From an uncultured Pseudomonadota bacterium (GTDB lineage Bacteria > Pseudomonadota > Gammaproteobacteria > Steroidobacterales > Steroidobacteraceae): a stretch of 64,000 nt of DNA. The translations under genes and the position numbers were made by a program. The stretch is taken from contig CAVYKG010000010.1 of assembly GCA_963769065.1 (NCBI GenBank), forward strand, positions 180,569-244,568, given 5' to 3'. Within the stretch, counting starts at the first letter, position 1. The number at the start of each line of letters is the position of its first letter. Positions 41,627 to 51,004 of this stretch are shown here, piece after piece. The notes beneath the pieces are model-generated. The model saw only the letters and a program-made list of their open reading frames with translations. It searched no databases and was not told the DNA's origin.

Positions 41627-42721
41627 CTATTTCGCGCGGTCGAGGTATCCCTGCGCCAGCGTCGGAATCGTGATGATGCGGTTCCGCGCGCTGGGCGTAC
41701 CCCAGCCGCCGTAGAAGACCACACCGACGAGCGTCTTCTTGTCGCGGCCGGCGAAGGCGACGCCGTGCAGTCCCTGCGGGCCGGGGATGCTGCCGAGGAA
41801 TTCGCCCTTCTGCGAAAACACATCGACGCTGCGGCCGGTCGAGACATACAGGCGCCCCTCGGAATCGATCGCCGTCCCGTCGCCGCCCTGCCCGCCCCGC
41901 AGCTTGCCGAATTCGCGCGGATTGGCGAGCGCGCCATCGGCGCGGACATCGAACGCCACGACGTCGCCACCATTCGTGACGTACAGCGTCTTCTCGTCGC
42001 GGCTGAGCACGATGCCGTTGGTCGATTTCAGATCGCGCCCGAACGCCGACACCTCGCCTTTCGGATTCGCGTACAGCACTCCAGCAACGCCACCCGACAG
42101 CGTCGCGTAGACACCGCCGCGCGCATCGACCGCGAGATCGTTCAACGAACCGCTGAGGCACTCGAGCGGCTCGCCCTGGAACGTGCTCGCGAACGGCTTC
42201 CGCTGCGGCTCGAGCTGCACGATGCCGCCACCCACGCCGCGGGAAACCATGAACAGCTGCCCGTTCTTGCCGCGGGACACCGCGCCGCTCGTGTTGGTGT
42301 CGGCGTGGACGATGCGCGCGAGGCCCGTGGCGAGGTCGAGACGCATGACGTTGCTCGCGTCGTTGTTCGCGAACAGCAGTGTTCCGTCACGGTCGGCGAT
42401 CGGGCCGTCGGCGTTGTTGCCCTCCCACTGCCACACCACCTTCCACGTCTGCTCCGCGGCGATGACGCCGGGAATGGCGCTCGAAGGCGCGGGCATGGCG
42501 GGCTCGGGCGGCGGATTCGGCGGCGCCGCGGCGTTGGCGCCAGCGCCCCGATTACCGCCCAGCGAGAACGGCGCCGGCGGCGACTTGCACTTCGACTGGA
42601 TCGCCGCGGTGGCCGGATCCTGCCAGGCCTGCTTGCTCGAGCCCCGGTCGAACGACGAGGCCGGACTCTGCGCGAAGCCGACCGAAGCCGACAGCAGCGC
42701 AACTGTAATCAGTGCTTTCAT
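41627..42721 (-). CDS. Secreted SMP-30/gluconolactonase/LRE-like beta-propeller protein
   Basis: Signal peptide 'MKALITVALLSASVGFAQ', then propeller-type repeats 'DGTLLFAN', 'NGQLFMVS', 'RGGVYAT', 'NGIVLSRDEKTLYVTN' and 'DSEGRLYVS'. Confidence 0.7.
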   Translation of the reverse strand: MKALITVALLSASVGFAQSPASSFDRGSSKQAWQDPATAAIQSKCKSPPAPFSLGGNRGAGANAAAPPNPPPEPAMPAPSSAIPGVIAAEQTWKVVWQWEGNNADGPIADRDGTLLFANNDASNVMRLDLATGLARIVHADTNTSGAVSRGKNGQLFMVSRGVGGGIVQLEPQRKPFASTFQGEPLECLSGSLNDLAVDARGGVYATLSGGVAGVLYANPKGEVSAFGRDLKSTNGIVLSRDEKTLYVTNGGDVVAFDVRADGALANPREFGKLRGGQGGDGTAIDSEGRLYVSTGRSVDVFSQKGEFLGSIPGPQGLHGVAFAGRDKKTLVGVVFYGGWGTPSARNRIITIPTLAQGYLDRAK

Positions 42722-42778
42722 TTCGTTCCCCCGGCGCAGCGACCTCACGAGCTTAGCGCCAACTTGCGCCCGTATGCG

Positions 42779-43843
42779 ATGCTTCCGGCGATGAAGCCGA
42801 ACAGCAGTGGCCCGCTTCAGTTCATCCCGCCCATGGAGGCGAAGCGCGTCGATGACCTGCCTGCCCAGGGACACTGGCAGTTCGAGCCGAAATGGGACGG
42901 CTTCCGTTGCCTCGCCGTGAAAGAGGGTCCGGATGTGCGGCTGTATGCGAAATCGGGCAAGCCGCTCGACCGCTACTTCCCCGAGATCGTCGCCGCCGTC
43001 CGCGAGCTGTCCCCGAAGCGATTCGTCCTCGACGGCGAACTGGTACTTCCGCAGGGAACGGGGCTGTCGTTCGACGCGCTGCAGATGCGGCTGCATCCGG
43101 CTGCCTCCCGCATCGCCCGACTCTCGGCTGAAACGCCGGCGCTGTATGTGCTGTTCGACCTGCTGGTCGAGGGCCGGACGCGCTGGCTCGAACGTCCGCT
43201 GCGCGAGCGGCGAACAGCACTCGAACAATTCGCCGCGGCGAATCTCGCCGGAGGTGCCTCGCGCGGGTTCCTGCCATCCGCCCTGAAGCGCAAGGCGGCG
43301 GGTGCGCCGGGCCTGCGCATTTCCGCCGCGACGACCCGCATGGCCGAGGCTCGTCGATGGCTCGCGTCGTCGGGCGGTACGCTCGACGGGCTGATAGCGA
43401 AGTCGCTCGATGGCCCGTACGTGAGTGGCGAGCGGGCGATGTTCAAGTTCAAGCCGGTGCGCACGGCCGATTGCGTCGTGGGCGGGTTCCGGTATGCGAC
43501 GGGCAAGCGCGTCGTCGGGTCGCTGCTGCTCGGCCTGTACGACGACGAGGGCAAGCTGAACCACGTCGGCTTCACCTCGTCGATCCCGGCGGCTCAGCGG
43601 GCGGCCCTCACGACCCGCCTCGAGGCGCTGCGCAGTCCGCCTGGATTCACGGGCGACGCGCCAGGCGGTCCGAGTCGCTGGTCGACCGAACGGTCGGCGC
43701 AATGGGAGCCGCTGGCACCGGAACTCGTCGTCGAGGTCAGTTTCGACCATGTCACCGGTGGCCGCTTCAGGCACGGGACGAGGCTGTTGCGCTGGCGCCC
43801 TGACAAGGCGCCGCACCAGTGCACGTTCGACCAGATCGCCTGA
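42779..43843 (+). CDS. ATP-dependent DNA ligase (ligase domain only; LigC/LigD-LIG type)
   Basis: Adenylation motif I 'FEPKWDGFRC', plus 'VLDGELV', 'LDGLIAKSLDGPY', 'KFKPVRTADCVVGG' and the OB-fold tail 'RFRHGTRLLRWRPDK'. No polymerase or phosphoesterase domains are present. Confidence 0.85.
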   Translation: MLPAMKPNSSGPLQFIPPMEAKRVDDLPAQGHWQFEPKWDGFRCLAVKEGPDVRLYAKSGKPLDRYFPEIVAAVRELSPKRFVLDGELVLPQGTGLSFDALQMRLHPAASRIARLSAETPALYVLFDLLVEGRTRWLERPLRERRTALEQFAAANLAGGASRGFLPSALKRKAAGAPGLRISAATTRMAEARRWLASSGGTLDGLIAKSLDGPYVSGERAMFKFKPVRTADCVVGGFRYATGKRVVGSLLLGLYDDEGKLNHVGFTSSIPAAQRAALTTRLEALRSPPGFTGDAPGGPSRWSTERSAQWEPLAPELVVEVSFDHVTGGRFRHGTRLLRWRPDKAPHQCTFDQIA

Positions 43844-43900
43844 CGGCGCTGGTAAGCTAGCCGCGGCCCGAAGCCTGAGAACCAACCGGAGGGTTAAAGA

Positions 43901-44425
43901 GTGAAGCTACCCATCGCACTGACCGTCGCGGCAATCGCCATCGCCGGACCTGCCTTCGCCCAGACGCCCATGCGTTCGCTGGCGGATCCCGTGAAGGCCC
44001 ACCCCGATCCCGAATCGCTCTTCACCAGCAAGGACGCGAAGCTCAACAAGAACAAGCAGGCGTCGCTGCGCATCATGCGCGAGCTCCTGCAGTGCAATCA
44101 GTGGGATCGCGCCGGTGAGTGGCTGACCGACAAGTACATCCAGCACAACCCGATGGCGGCCTCGGGCCTCGCGGGCGTGAAGAAGTACTTCATCGAAGTC
44201 GCGAAGCGCACCCCGACCCCGACGTGCACCAAGCTGACGAGCCCGGTCGTCGCGGTGCAGGCCGAAGGCGACTACGTCACGGTGCTGGCCGTGCGCGAGA
44301 TGAAGTACGCGGACGACCCGAGCAAGTCGTATACGACGACGTGGTTCGACACCTGGCGCTTCGTCGACGGCAAGGCCGACGAGCATTGGGACCCGGCGAC
44401 GCTGCCGGCTCCGGCCGCGCGCTGA
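43901..44425 (+). CDS. Secreted SnoaL-like (NTF2 superfamily) protein
   Basis: GTG start preceded by GGAGGG; signal peptide 'ALTVAAIAIAGPAFAQ'. 'YIQHNPMAASGLAGVKKYF' and 'WFDTWRFVDGKADEHWD' are typical of COG4922-type proteins. Confidence 0.7.
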   Translation: MKLPIALTVAAIAIAGPAFAQTPMRSLADPVKAHPDPESLFTSKDAKLNKNKQASLRIMRELLQCNQWDRAGEWLTDKYIQHNPMAASGLAGVKKYFIEVAKRTPTPTCTKLTSPVVAVQAEGDYVTVLAVREMKYADDPSKSYTTTWFDTWRFVDGKADEHWDPATLPAPAAR

Positions 44426-44483
44426 TGAGCGAGGCGGACTGCATCGAGGGGTGCAGTCCGCCGGCCGGCGCCTGCCTGCACTC

Positions 44484-45140
44484 ATGAAGGCAGGCCGGCT
44501 CGTCTCCGTCCAGGTCGGGCGGGTAGCGGCGCTCGGCCCTCGAGGGGTTCCGAGCGCGTTCGTGAAACAGCCGGTCGACGGCGTCGTGGACGTTCGTGCT
44601 GGTGGCCTCACGGGCGACACGCAGGCCGATCGCCGCGTTCACGGCGGACCACACAAGGCCGTGTACGGTTATGCGGCCGCACATTTCCCCGCCTGGGCCG
44701 CCGAATGGCCCGAGCACGCGAGCCAGTTCGCGAGTGGCGGTTTCGGCGAGAACCTCACGATCGACGGGCTGACCGAAACCGACCTGTGTGTCGGTGATGT
44801 CCACGGTATTGGCAGCGCCCGACTGCAGGTGTGCCAGCCACGCCAACCCTGTTTCAAGCTCGCACTGCATTTCGGCGAAGCGCGGCTCGGCAAGGCGATG
44901 GTGCGGACCGGTCGCTCGGGCTGGTACTACCGGGTGATCGAACCGGGTGCGCTTCGCAATGGCGACGATATCCACCTGCTCGAACGCCCTCGCCCCGACT
45001 TTCCCTTCGAAGACCTGCTCGACTTCCTGTACACGCGCGGGCTTGATGAGGACGTGCTGCAGCGGGTCGCCGACTCGGACGTGCTGCCACCGGGCCTGCG
45101 CGCCGATGCACGGCGCGAACTCGCCGCACGGCGACCCTGA
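44484..45140 (+). CDS. MOSC domain protein (YiiM-like)
   Basis: 'GLTGDTQADRRVHGGPHKAVY', 'GENLTIDGLTE' and 'LQVCQPRQPCFKL'. Confidence 0.8.
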   Translation: MKAGRLVSVQVGRVAALGPRGVPSAFVKQPVDGVVDVRAGGLTGDTQADRRVHGGPHKAVYGYAAAHFPAWAAEWPEHASQFASGGFGENLTIDGLTETDLCVGDVHGIGSARLQVCQPRQPCFKLALHFGEARLGKAMVRTGRSGWYYRVIEPGALRNGDDIHLLERPRPDFPFEDLLDFLYTRGLDEDVLQRVADSDVLPPGLRADARRELAARRP

Positions 45141-45149
45141 AGCTGCGCG

Positions 45150-46191
45150 CTAACCCGCTCGCGGCGGCTCCTCGCCATGCTGCCGCCGGTACTTCGCCAC
45201 GGCTCGCCGCGCCATGATTCGCGCGGCATCGGCAGCATTCGCGTACAGACGTTCCTCGCCGAGTTCCTCGACACGCTGCTGTTGCGCCTCGATGAACAGC
45301 TTGTCCTCGGCGATAGCCGCCTCGACCTGCTCGACGATGATGCGGGTCGCGTGCGGATCGTCGAGCGCCGTGACCGTTTGCGACCGAGTAGAAGTAGTAG
45401 CAGGTGTTGTCGGTGGCCGGGGTGGCGGAATGGAAGATGCGCATGTCGAACCGCGGCGCCCGCGCGGTGGCACGATCTTCACCCGCGGGGACGCCGCCGG
45501 AGTATTGCAGCACCGTGCTCGGCGCGATGAAGTCGAACTCCTGCCAGCGATCGATATGACCGTCGAAGGCGACACACGCGGAATAGGCGGGTGGCGCGGG
45601 CGCATCGCGCATCAACCGCTCGAAGCGCAGGCCGGCTGTCGTCGGGCGCAACGAATTCTGCGCGGTCATGTGCACGTCCGGATTCGCGCCGCCGACCGTG
45701 GCGCCGTGTACGTAGGCGAGATGGGTCGCATCGAGCAGGTTGTCGGCGATGAGCTGGAAGTCGCTTCTCACCGGAGCCATCAGTTGTCGGCAGGGCCAGC
45801 GTGGGTCGCCATGGAACGGGTAGTCGACGATCAACGATTCGTCGGCCGCCGACACATCGCCGATCCAGATCCACAGCATCTGGTCCTTCTCGACCAGCGG
45901 GAAACCCGTGACGCGCGCCTGGGGTGGAATGACATCCTGATTCGGAATCCTCGCGCAGACACCGGAGGCCGCAAAGACGACGCCATGGTAGTTGCAGCGG
46001 ATGCCCTCCTCGACGACCGTGCCGAGGCTCAGCGGCGCGCCCCGATGGGCGCAGCTGTCGATCAGCGCCGCGGCGCGACCCGCCAGAGTGCGGAACAGTA
46101 CGATCGGCCGGTTGCAGATCCGGCGCGCCAGCGGCTTCGAGCCGACTTCGCTCGACCAGGCCGCCAGGTACCACGCGTTCTCGACGATCAT
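45150..46191 (-). pseudogene. Rieske [2Fe-2S] oxygenase alpha subunit (VanA-like), one frameshift
   Basis: Rieske motif 'CAHRGAPLSLG...CNYHG' and iron site 'NLLDATHLAYVHG'. The C-terminus 'LDDPHATRIIVEQVEAAIAEDKLFIEAQQ' continues in ORF 45150..45605. The shift is near 45385-45395. Length is 3n+1. Confidence 0.75.
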
Positions 46192-46292
46192 TAGGTTGCC
46201 CCCGGCACGGAGGATAACGCCTGCGGTGACGTCCTGCAGTCGCCGCGGCAAGCCGGTGCTACGATCCGCGCCGCCAAACCCGGAGACCAGAC

Positions 46293-47636
46293 GTGCCCGA
46301 TTCCGCATCCGACATCGAGCGCGTCTTCGCGCTGCAGAAAGCGCATCAGTGGGAAGTGAAGGCCTCGACGGCTGAACAGCGCAAGGCGAAACTGCGCAGG
46401 CTCCGGGCGGCAGTCGAAGCCCATGCCGACGACATCATCGCGGCAGTCCGGCGCGACACGCGCAAACCCGAGCACGAGATCCGCGTCACCGAAGTGCTGA
46501 ACGTGCTCGGCAACATCGATCGCAACATCGACGAACCTCGACGACTGGATGAAGCCGGTCGAGGTCTCGCCCTCGCTGAACAAGGACGACAGCGCGCGGA
46601 TCATGTACGAGGCGCGCGGCGTGTGCCTGATTCTCGGGCCGTGGAACTTTCCGCTCGGCCTGCGTCATGGGGCCGCTGGCGGCCGCCATCGCGGCTGGCA
46701 ACTGCTGCATCGTCAAGCTCACCGATCTGTGCCCGGCGACGGCGAACGTTGCCGCAAGAATCGTCGCGCGACGCTTTCGAGGCGAACGAAGTCACGGTGT
46801 TCGAAGGAGACGTGTCCGTGGCGACGGCGCTGCTCGAGCTGCCGTTCAACCACATCTTCTTCACCGGCAGCACGCGCGTCGGCAAGCTGGTGATGGCCGC
46901 AGCGGCGAAGCACCTCGCGAGCGTCACGCTCGAGCTCGGCGGCAAGTCACCGGTCATCGTCGATCGCGACGCGGACATTGGCAAGGTCGCCGCCGACCTC
47001 GCCGCCGCGAAGCAGTTCAACGGTGGCCAGGCCTGCATCTCGCCCGACTACGTGTTCGTGACCGAGCAGCAGAAGGCCACGCTGATCGACGCGTTCGGCG
47101 CGCGCGTGAAGCAGAACCTGTACCGCGATGACGGCAGCTTGAAGAAAGACAGCATCGCGCAGATCGTCAACGAGGCGAATTTCGCGCGCATCCGCAAGCT
47201 GCTGGACGATGCGGTCGCAAAGGGCGCGAACGTTGCGTTCGGCGGAACGCTCGAAGCGGCCGACCGCACCATTCACCCGACGCTGCTGACCGACGTGACG
47301 CCCGACATGACGATCATGCAGGAGGAGATCTTCGGGCCGATCGTGCCGGTGATGACCTACGACGACGCTCGACGCGGTCATCAACTTCATCACCGAGCGC
47401 GCGACAAGCCGCTGGCGCTGTACATCTACAGCAACACGCCCGCGAACGTCGACCGCATCCTGCAGCGGACCTCATCGGGTGGCGTCACGATCAACGGGTT
47501 CTTCTCGCACTACCTCGAGAACCAGCTGCCGTTCGGCGGCGTCAACCAGAGCGGCACCGGCAGCTATCACGGCGTGTTCGGCTTCAGGGCGTTCTCGCAC
47601 GAGCGGGGAATCTACGCGGTGCGTGCTAACCCTTGA
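46293..47636 (+). pseudogene. Aldehyde dehydrogenase (class-3/coniferyl-aldehyde-DH-like) with internal out-of-frame segments
   Basis: The ORF stays open, but homology leaves the frame at about 46533 ('WMKPVEVSPSL...ILGPWNFPLGL'), about 46660 ('MGPLAAAIAAGNCCIVKLTDLCPATA') and returns at about 46768. 'FTGSTRVGKLVMAAAAKHLASVTLELGGKSP' is in frame. A second excursion at 47367-47402 hides 'LDAVINFITER'. Confidence 0.75.
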
Positions 47637-47862
47637 GGTAGGGCTCGACGACGCCCTTCAGCGTGATCGTCAGCGGCCTGCCCTTGCGGTCGAGCGCCTT
47701 GCCGACCGTCGCCCGGATCCAGCCTCCGGAAACGCAGTATTCCTCTACGGTCGTGCGTTCGACGCCATTCAGGCGGATGCCGACTCCGCGCGCGAGCAAC
47801 TGCTCGTCGTAGTACGGGCTGTCGGGATCCACGCTCAGGCGGTCTGGCAAGCTCTCGGTCAT
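47626..47862 (-). CDS. DUF3297 family protein
   Basis: 78 aa, 'PDRLSVDPDSPYYDEQLLARGVGIRLNGVERTTVEEYCVSGGWIR...'. Confidence 0.65.
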   Translation of the reverse strand: MTESLPDRLSVDPDSPYYDEQLLARGVGIRLNGVERTTVEEYCVSGGWIRATVGKALDRKGRPLTITLKGVVEPYLKG

Positions 47863-47914
47863 CGGCGTCGCTCCGGCGGAATGCGGCGCATCATCGCATG
47901 CACGGGAAGCGCCG

Positions 47915-48490
47915 TCAGGACGGCGACGGCGCTTCGTCGGCCAGCAGATCAGGCTGTATCGGCGGATAGGTGATCGACCCGTCCTGCACCTTCGCGAAGG
48001 GCGTCAGCTTGTGGGGCCGATGACTTGTCCCGGACAAGATTTCCTCCACTGGAACGCCCCTGGCGTTCAGAGCATCGGCGATCAGCGAGCGATGGCAGCG
48101 CCACGGCACCGCTTCGGCACACATGATCGCGACGCGAGCGCCGGAAGCGAGCTCGACCAGCGCTGAAAGGCCGGTCTGAAAGTCGGCGCTCTGCATGTAG
48201 TCGGCGTAGCCACGAAAGCTCTGGTTGCGCCACCCGCCGTTCGGCGAATCCTTGCGGGAATGCCGCAACCCGCCGAGCAGCGGCATCGGCACGTACTCGA
48301 TGCGGCAGGCCGCGAGGCTGCTCGCGAGTTCGGCGGCGTTGAACTGCGGATTGTGCCGCGACCGAGGCACGGTCCGGACATCGGCGAGCCGCTCGATTCC
48401 ATACGCCTGCAGCAGCGCTACGAACCGTTCGATCGGCAGGGTCGAATGCCCGACCGTGAAGATCGAGCCGTCAGCCGGCGGTTTGCTCAT
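47915..48490 (-). CDS. DUF488 domain protein
   Basis: 'IFTVGHSTLPIERFVALLQAYGIERLADVR', 'RHNPQF' and 'AIMCAEAVPWRCHRSLIAD'. Confidence 0.8.
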   Translation of the reverse strand: MSKPPADGSIFTVGHSTLPIERFVALLQAYGIERLADVRTVPRSRHNPQFNAAELASSLAACRIEYVPMPLLGGLRHSRKDSPNGGWRNQSFRGYADYMQSADFQTGLSALVELASGARVAIMCAEAVPWRCHRSLIADALNARGVPVEEILSGTSHRPHKLTPFAKVQDGSITYPPIQPDLLADEAPSPS

Positions 48491-48595
48491 GGCAATGAAA
48501 TTAGCCTCGCACCGCGCCCGGTTCAACGGGATGGAGCAGACCGGCCGGGAGGGCTAAGCTTGCGCGGGGCCTACCGGGCGGCTGGGAGAACGACG

Positions 48596-49492
48596 ATGAC
48601 GCGAAATCACCGGCTCCGGCTGGTTCTGCTGCTGGCAGCACTTTCAGGCAGCGCGGTTGCATCCGCCGAAAGCTGGCAGGGCACGGGGGAAATGCCGCTC
48701 GATTACCGCGCCTACGTCCGCGATTTCAACACCGGCGACGATCGAGGCCTGGTCGAGAAGTATTTCGCTGCCGATACCCAGATGATCAGCGGCAGCGGCG
48801 TACGCACGGGCCACAAGGGAATGAACGAATTCCTCGCGTGGGCCCATGACGGTGTGCGCGAGATCATCCGACCGCAAGTCGTCATGTGGGACAAGGACCA
48901 CATTTTCGCCGAGGTCGACATGGACTTCGTCGCATCCAAGCCGCGACCGGACTTCACGTTCGGCGCGCTGCTGCCGGGCGACATATTGACGGTGAAGTTC
49001 TTTGCGCATTACACGGTCGTCAACGGCAAGATCAAGACGCTGAAGACGATGACGTGGAAGCCCGAGACCGGCGTCACCAAGGCACCGCGCCTCGGCGATG
49101 AGGCCGGACAGCGCGCCTCCTTCCTCGCCTACACGCGTGCCTTTTCGAGCGCACTGCCAGAGAAGTACTCCGCGTTCTACACCGACGACGTGACGTTGCA
49201 GCTGAGCTCCGTCGGCGAGCTCAAGGGCAAGAAGGCGATCGTCGACTTCTATACGAAGATGTTCCGCACCGTCCGCGAGGACCTGGTCGTGAACCAGATC
49301 GTCTACGACGAGGGCGCGATCGTCGGCGACTTCGTCAGTGTCTTCACCGCGGTGGAAGACGCGCCCGACTTCGTCGTCGCCCCGCTGAAGAAGGGCCAGT
49401 CGATACGCGTGCCGGTGTTCGTGTACTACACGCTGCGGGACGGACTCATTGCCAATATTCGCGTCGCGCGTTCCGGCGCCCCGACCCGGTAG
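48596..49492 (+). CDS. Secreted protein with two NTF2/SnoaL-like halves
   Basis: Signal peptide 'RLVLLLAALSGSAVASA'. The two halves both show the pattern 'Y..F..(dd) ... (V/L) ... G..EF/DFY ... F(A/S)(E/V).. ... V.(N/D)G.I'. This assignment is by pattern only. Confidence 0.55.
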   Translation: MTRNHRLRLVLLLAALSGSAVASAESWQGTGEMPLDYRAYVRDFNTGDDRGLVEKYFAADTQMISGSGVRTGHKGMNEFLAWAHDGVREIIRPQVVMWDKDHIFAEVDMDFVASKPRPDFTFGALLPGDILTVKFFAHYTVVNGKIKTLKTMTWKPETGVTKAPRLGDEAGQRASFLAYTRAFSSALPEKYSAFYTDDVTLQLSSVGELKGKKAIVDFYTKMFRTVREDLVVNQIVYDEGAIVGDFVSVFTAVEDAPDFVVAPLKKGQSIRVPVFVYYTLRDGLIANIRVARSGAPTR

Positions 49493-49495
49493 CGC

Positions 49496-49921
49496 ATGAA
49501 ATACGCCGACCACTCCGGATCCGTCGCCTGCCCTTGCGGAACTCCGGCAACTTTCGATCACTGCTGCGGGCGCTGGCACGGTGGCGCACAGCGGTTGATG
49601 GCGCCCGACGCGGAGGCGCTGATGCGGTCGCGTTACAGTGCCTATGTGCTCGGCGATCTCGACTACGTGCTCGAGACCTGGCACCAGCGCACCAGGCCGT
49701 CGAGGCTCGACCCCGACCCGCCCGAGCTTCGCTGGCTCGGGCTGGAAGTGCGCAAGCACGTCGCACTGGATGACGACCACGCAACGGTCGAGTTCGTGGC
49801 GCGCTACCGTCACGCGGGCCGCGCCACGCGCCTGCACGAGCTGAGCCGTTTCGAGCGCGTGGACGGCCGCTGGATGTACCTCGACGGGGTCGACGCAGTT
49901 TCCGACCGGACTACTTCCTGA
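49496..49921 (+). CDS. ychJ: YchJ family protein (SEC-C motif, UPF0225)
   Basis: 'CPCGTPATFDHCCGRWH' and 'PDAEALMRSRYSAYVLGDLDYVLETWH'. Confidence 0.8.
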   Translation: MKYADHSGSVACPCGTPATFDHCCGRWHGGAQRLMAPDAEALMRSRYSAYVLGDLDYVLETWHQRTRPSRLDPDPPELRWLGLEVRKHVALDDDHATVEFVARYRHAGRATRLHELSRFERVDGRWMYLDGVDAVSDRTTS

Positions 49922-50957
49922 TCGTGCCGTCCACGCCTTCCGGCGAGCAGTCGAACGGTTCCAGCTTCAGCTCCGAGGGCTGGAACTCGAGCACCGCGGG
50001 ATCGAAATCGCGGCTGAAGAACTCAGGGTCCTTCAGGGTCGTCTCGACCACGAGACGCTGGCGCGCAGCATCGAGCCGCACGCGCTCGACCGACGTCAGG
50101 GCGGCCGAATGCAGCAGCCCGCGCGTCGGCTGCCCGGGCATCTCGACGTACTGGTTGAGCACGCCGGCCGAGTAGTTCCCGGTCTCGATGACGAGCGTGT
50201 CGCCTTCGAAGTGGCCGATGGAATGGCCGAGGGACGTGCGTGGTCCGTTCTTCGGATGCTCGCGCTGGTCGAGGAAGACGGTGCGCCTGACGTCCATCCA
50301 CTCGTGCCGAAGGATGACGCGATTGGCCTCACGCGTGATGGAGAGCGGCGTGCCCGGCGCGCCCCACACGCGGCGCACCGCGACAGGGTCACACCGAAAA
50401 GCGGGATCGTCCTTGAACGGGTCGTACTTCGCGACCGCAGCCTTCCCGGCCTCGGTCATGTGTTCGATCATCGCCTGCGGCCCGCTGGTGCTCCGGTTCG
50501 GCATCGGTGCCAGCAGCCAGGTGCCGGTGATGTCGCGCCGGGCCGTCCTGACCGCGGGCGCCTGCTGCGCGTCCTTTGGCCCATTGACGTTCAGCGCTCG
50601 GCCGTCCGGGAAATAGACATCGGTGAAGAAGCAGCGATGCGGATCGTTGCGCGAGCGCGAACCTTCGATTCGCACTTCCGTGCCCGCCTTCAGCGCCGCG
50701 GGGGTGATGCCGTTGCGGCTCAGCTGCGTGAACCCGTGCGACTCGCAGATGTACTCCTCCGACCGGCCGTTCTCGTCGACTGCGCGGATGTGCAGGTAGC
50801 TGTGGGGATTGCGCGCCTCGAACTCGGTGATCCGCCCGCTGATGCTGACCGGCTTCTTGATGTCGAAGTGCGGCGCGAAACTGTGGTGCGCGTTCGCGAC
50901 GGCGGCGACGCCGATCAGCGCGGAGAACCCGGCGGCAATGCTGCGAATCGTGCGCAT
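49911..50957 (-). CDS. Secreted protein of unknown function (DUF6152-like N-terminal domain)
   Basis: Signal peptide followed by 'AHHSFAPHFDIKKPVSISGRITEFEARNPHSYLHI'. The C-terminal half has 'GHSIGHFEGDTLVIETGN', similar to the motif in the protein at 35557-36939. Confidence 0.6.
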   Translation of the reverse strand: MRTIRSIAAGFSALIGVAAVANAHHSFAPHFDIKKPVSISGRITEFEARNPHSYLHIRAVDENGRSEEYICESHGFTQLSRNGITPAALKAGTEVRIEGSRSRNDPHRCFFTDVYFPDGRALNVNGPKDAQQAPAVRTARRDITGTWLLAPMPNRSTSGPQAMIEHMTEAGKAAVAKYDPFKDDPAFRCDPVAVRRVWGAPGTPLSITREANRVILRHEWMDVRRTVFLDQREHPKNGPRTSLGHSIGHFEGDTLVIETGNYSAGVLNQYVEMPGQPTRGLLHSAALTSVERVRLDAARQRLVVETTLKDPEFFSRDFDPAVLEFQPSELKLEPFDCSPEGVDGTIRK

Positions 50958-51004
50958 GGGTGACCCTTGTTGTCGTGGAACGAGTTTAGGCCGCCGGCCC
51001 GCCG

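Noticed and set aside
41161-43882. 11-mer AAGCCTGAGAA present upstream of both the hpf-like gene (41161) and the SnoaL-like gene (43872)
   Set aside because: Hundreds of chance 11-mer repeats are expected in a 64-kb window. There is no extended similarity around the two copies.
41627-43885. 752-aa minus-strand ORF
   Set aside because: Only the C-terminal 364 aa (SMP-30-like, from 42721) are credible. The remainder is antisense to the DNA ligase gene.
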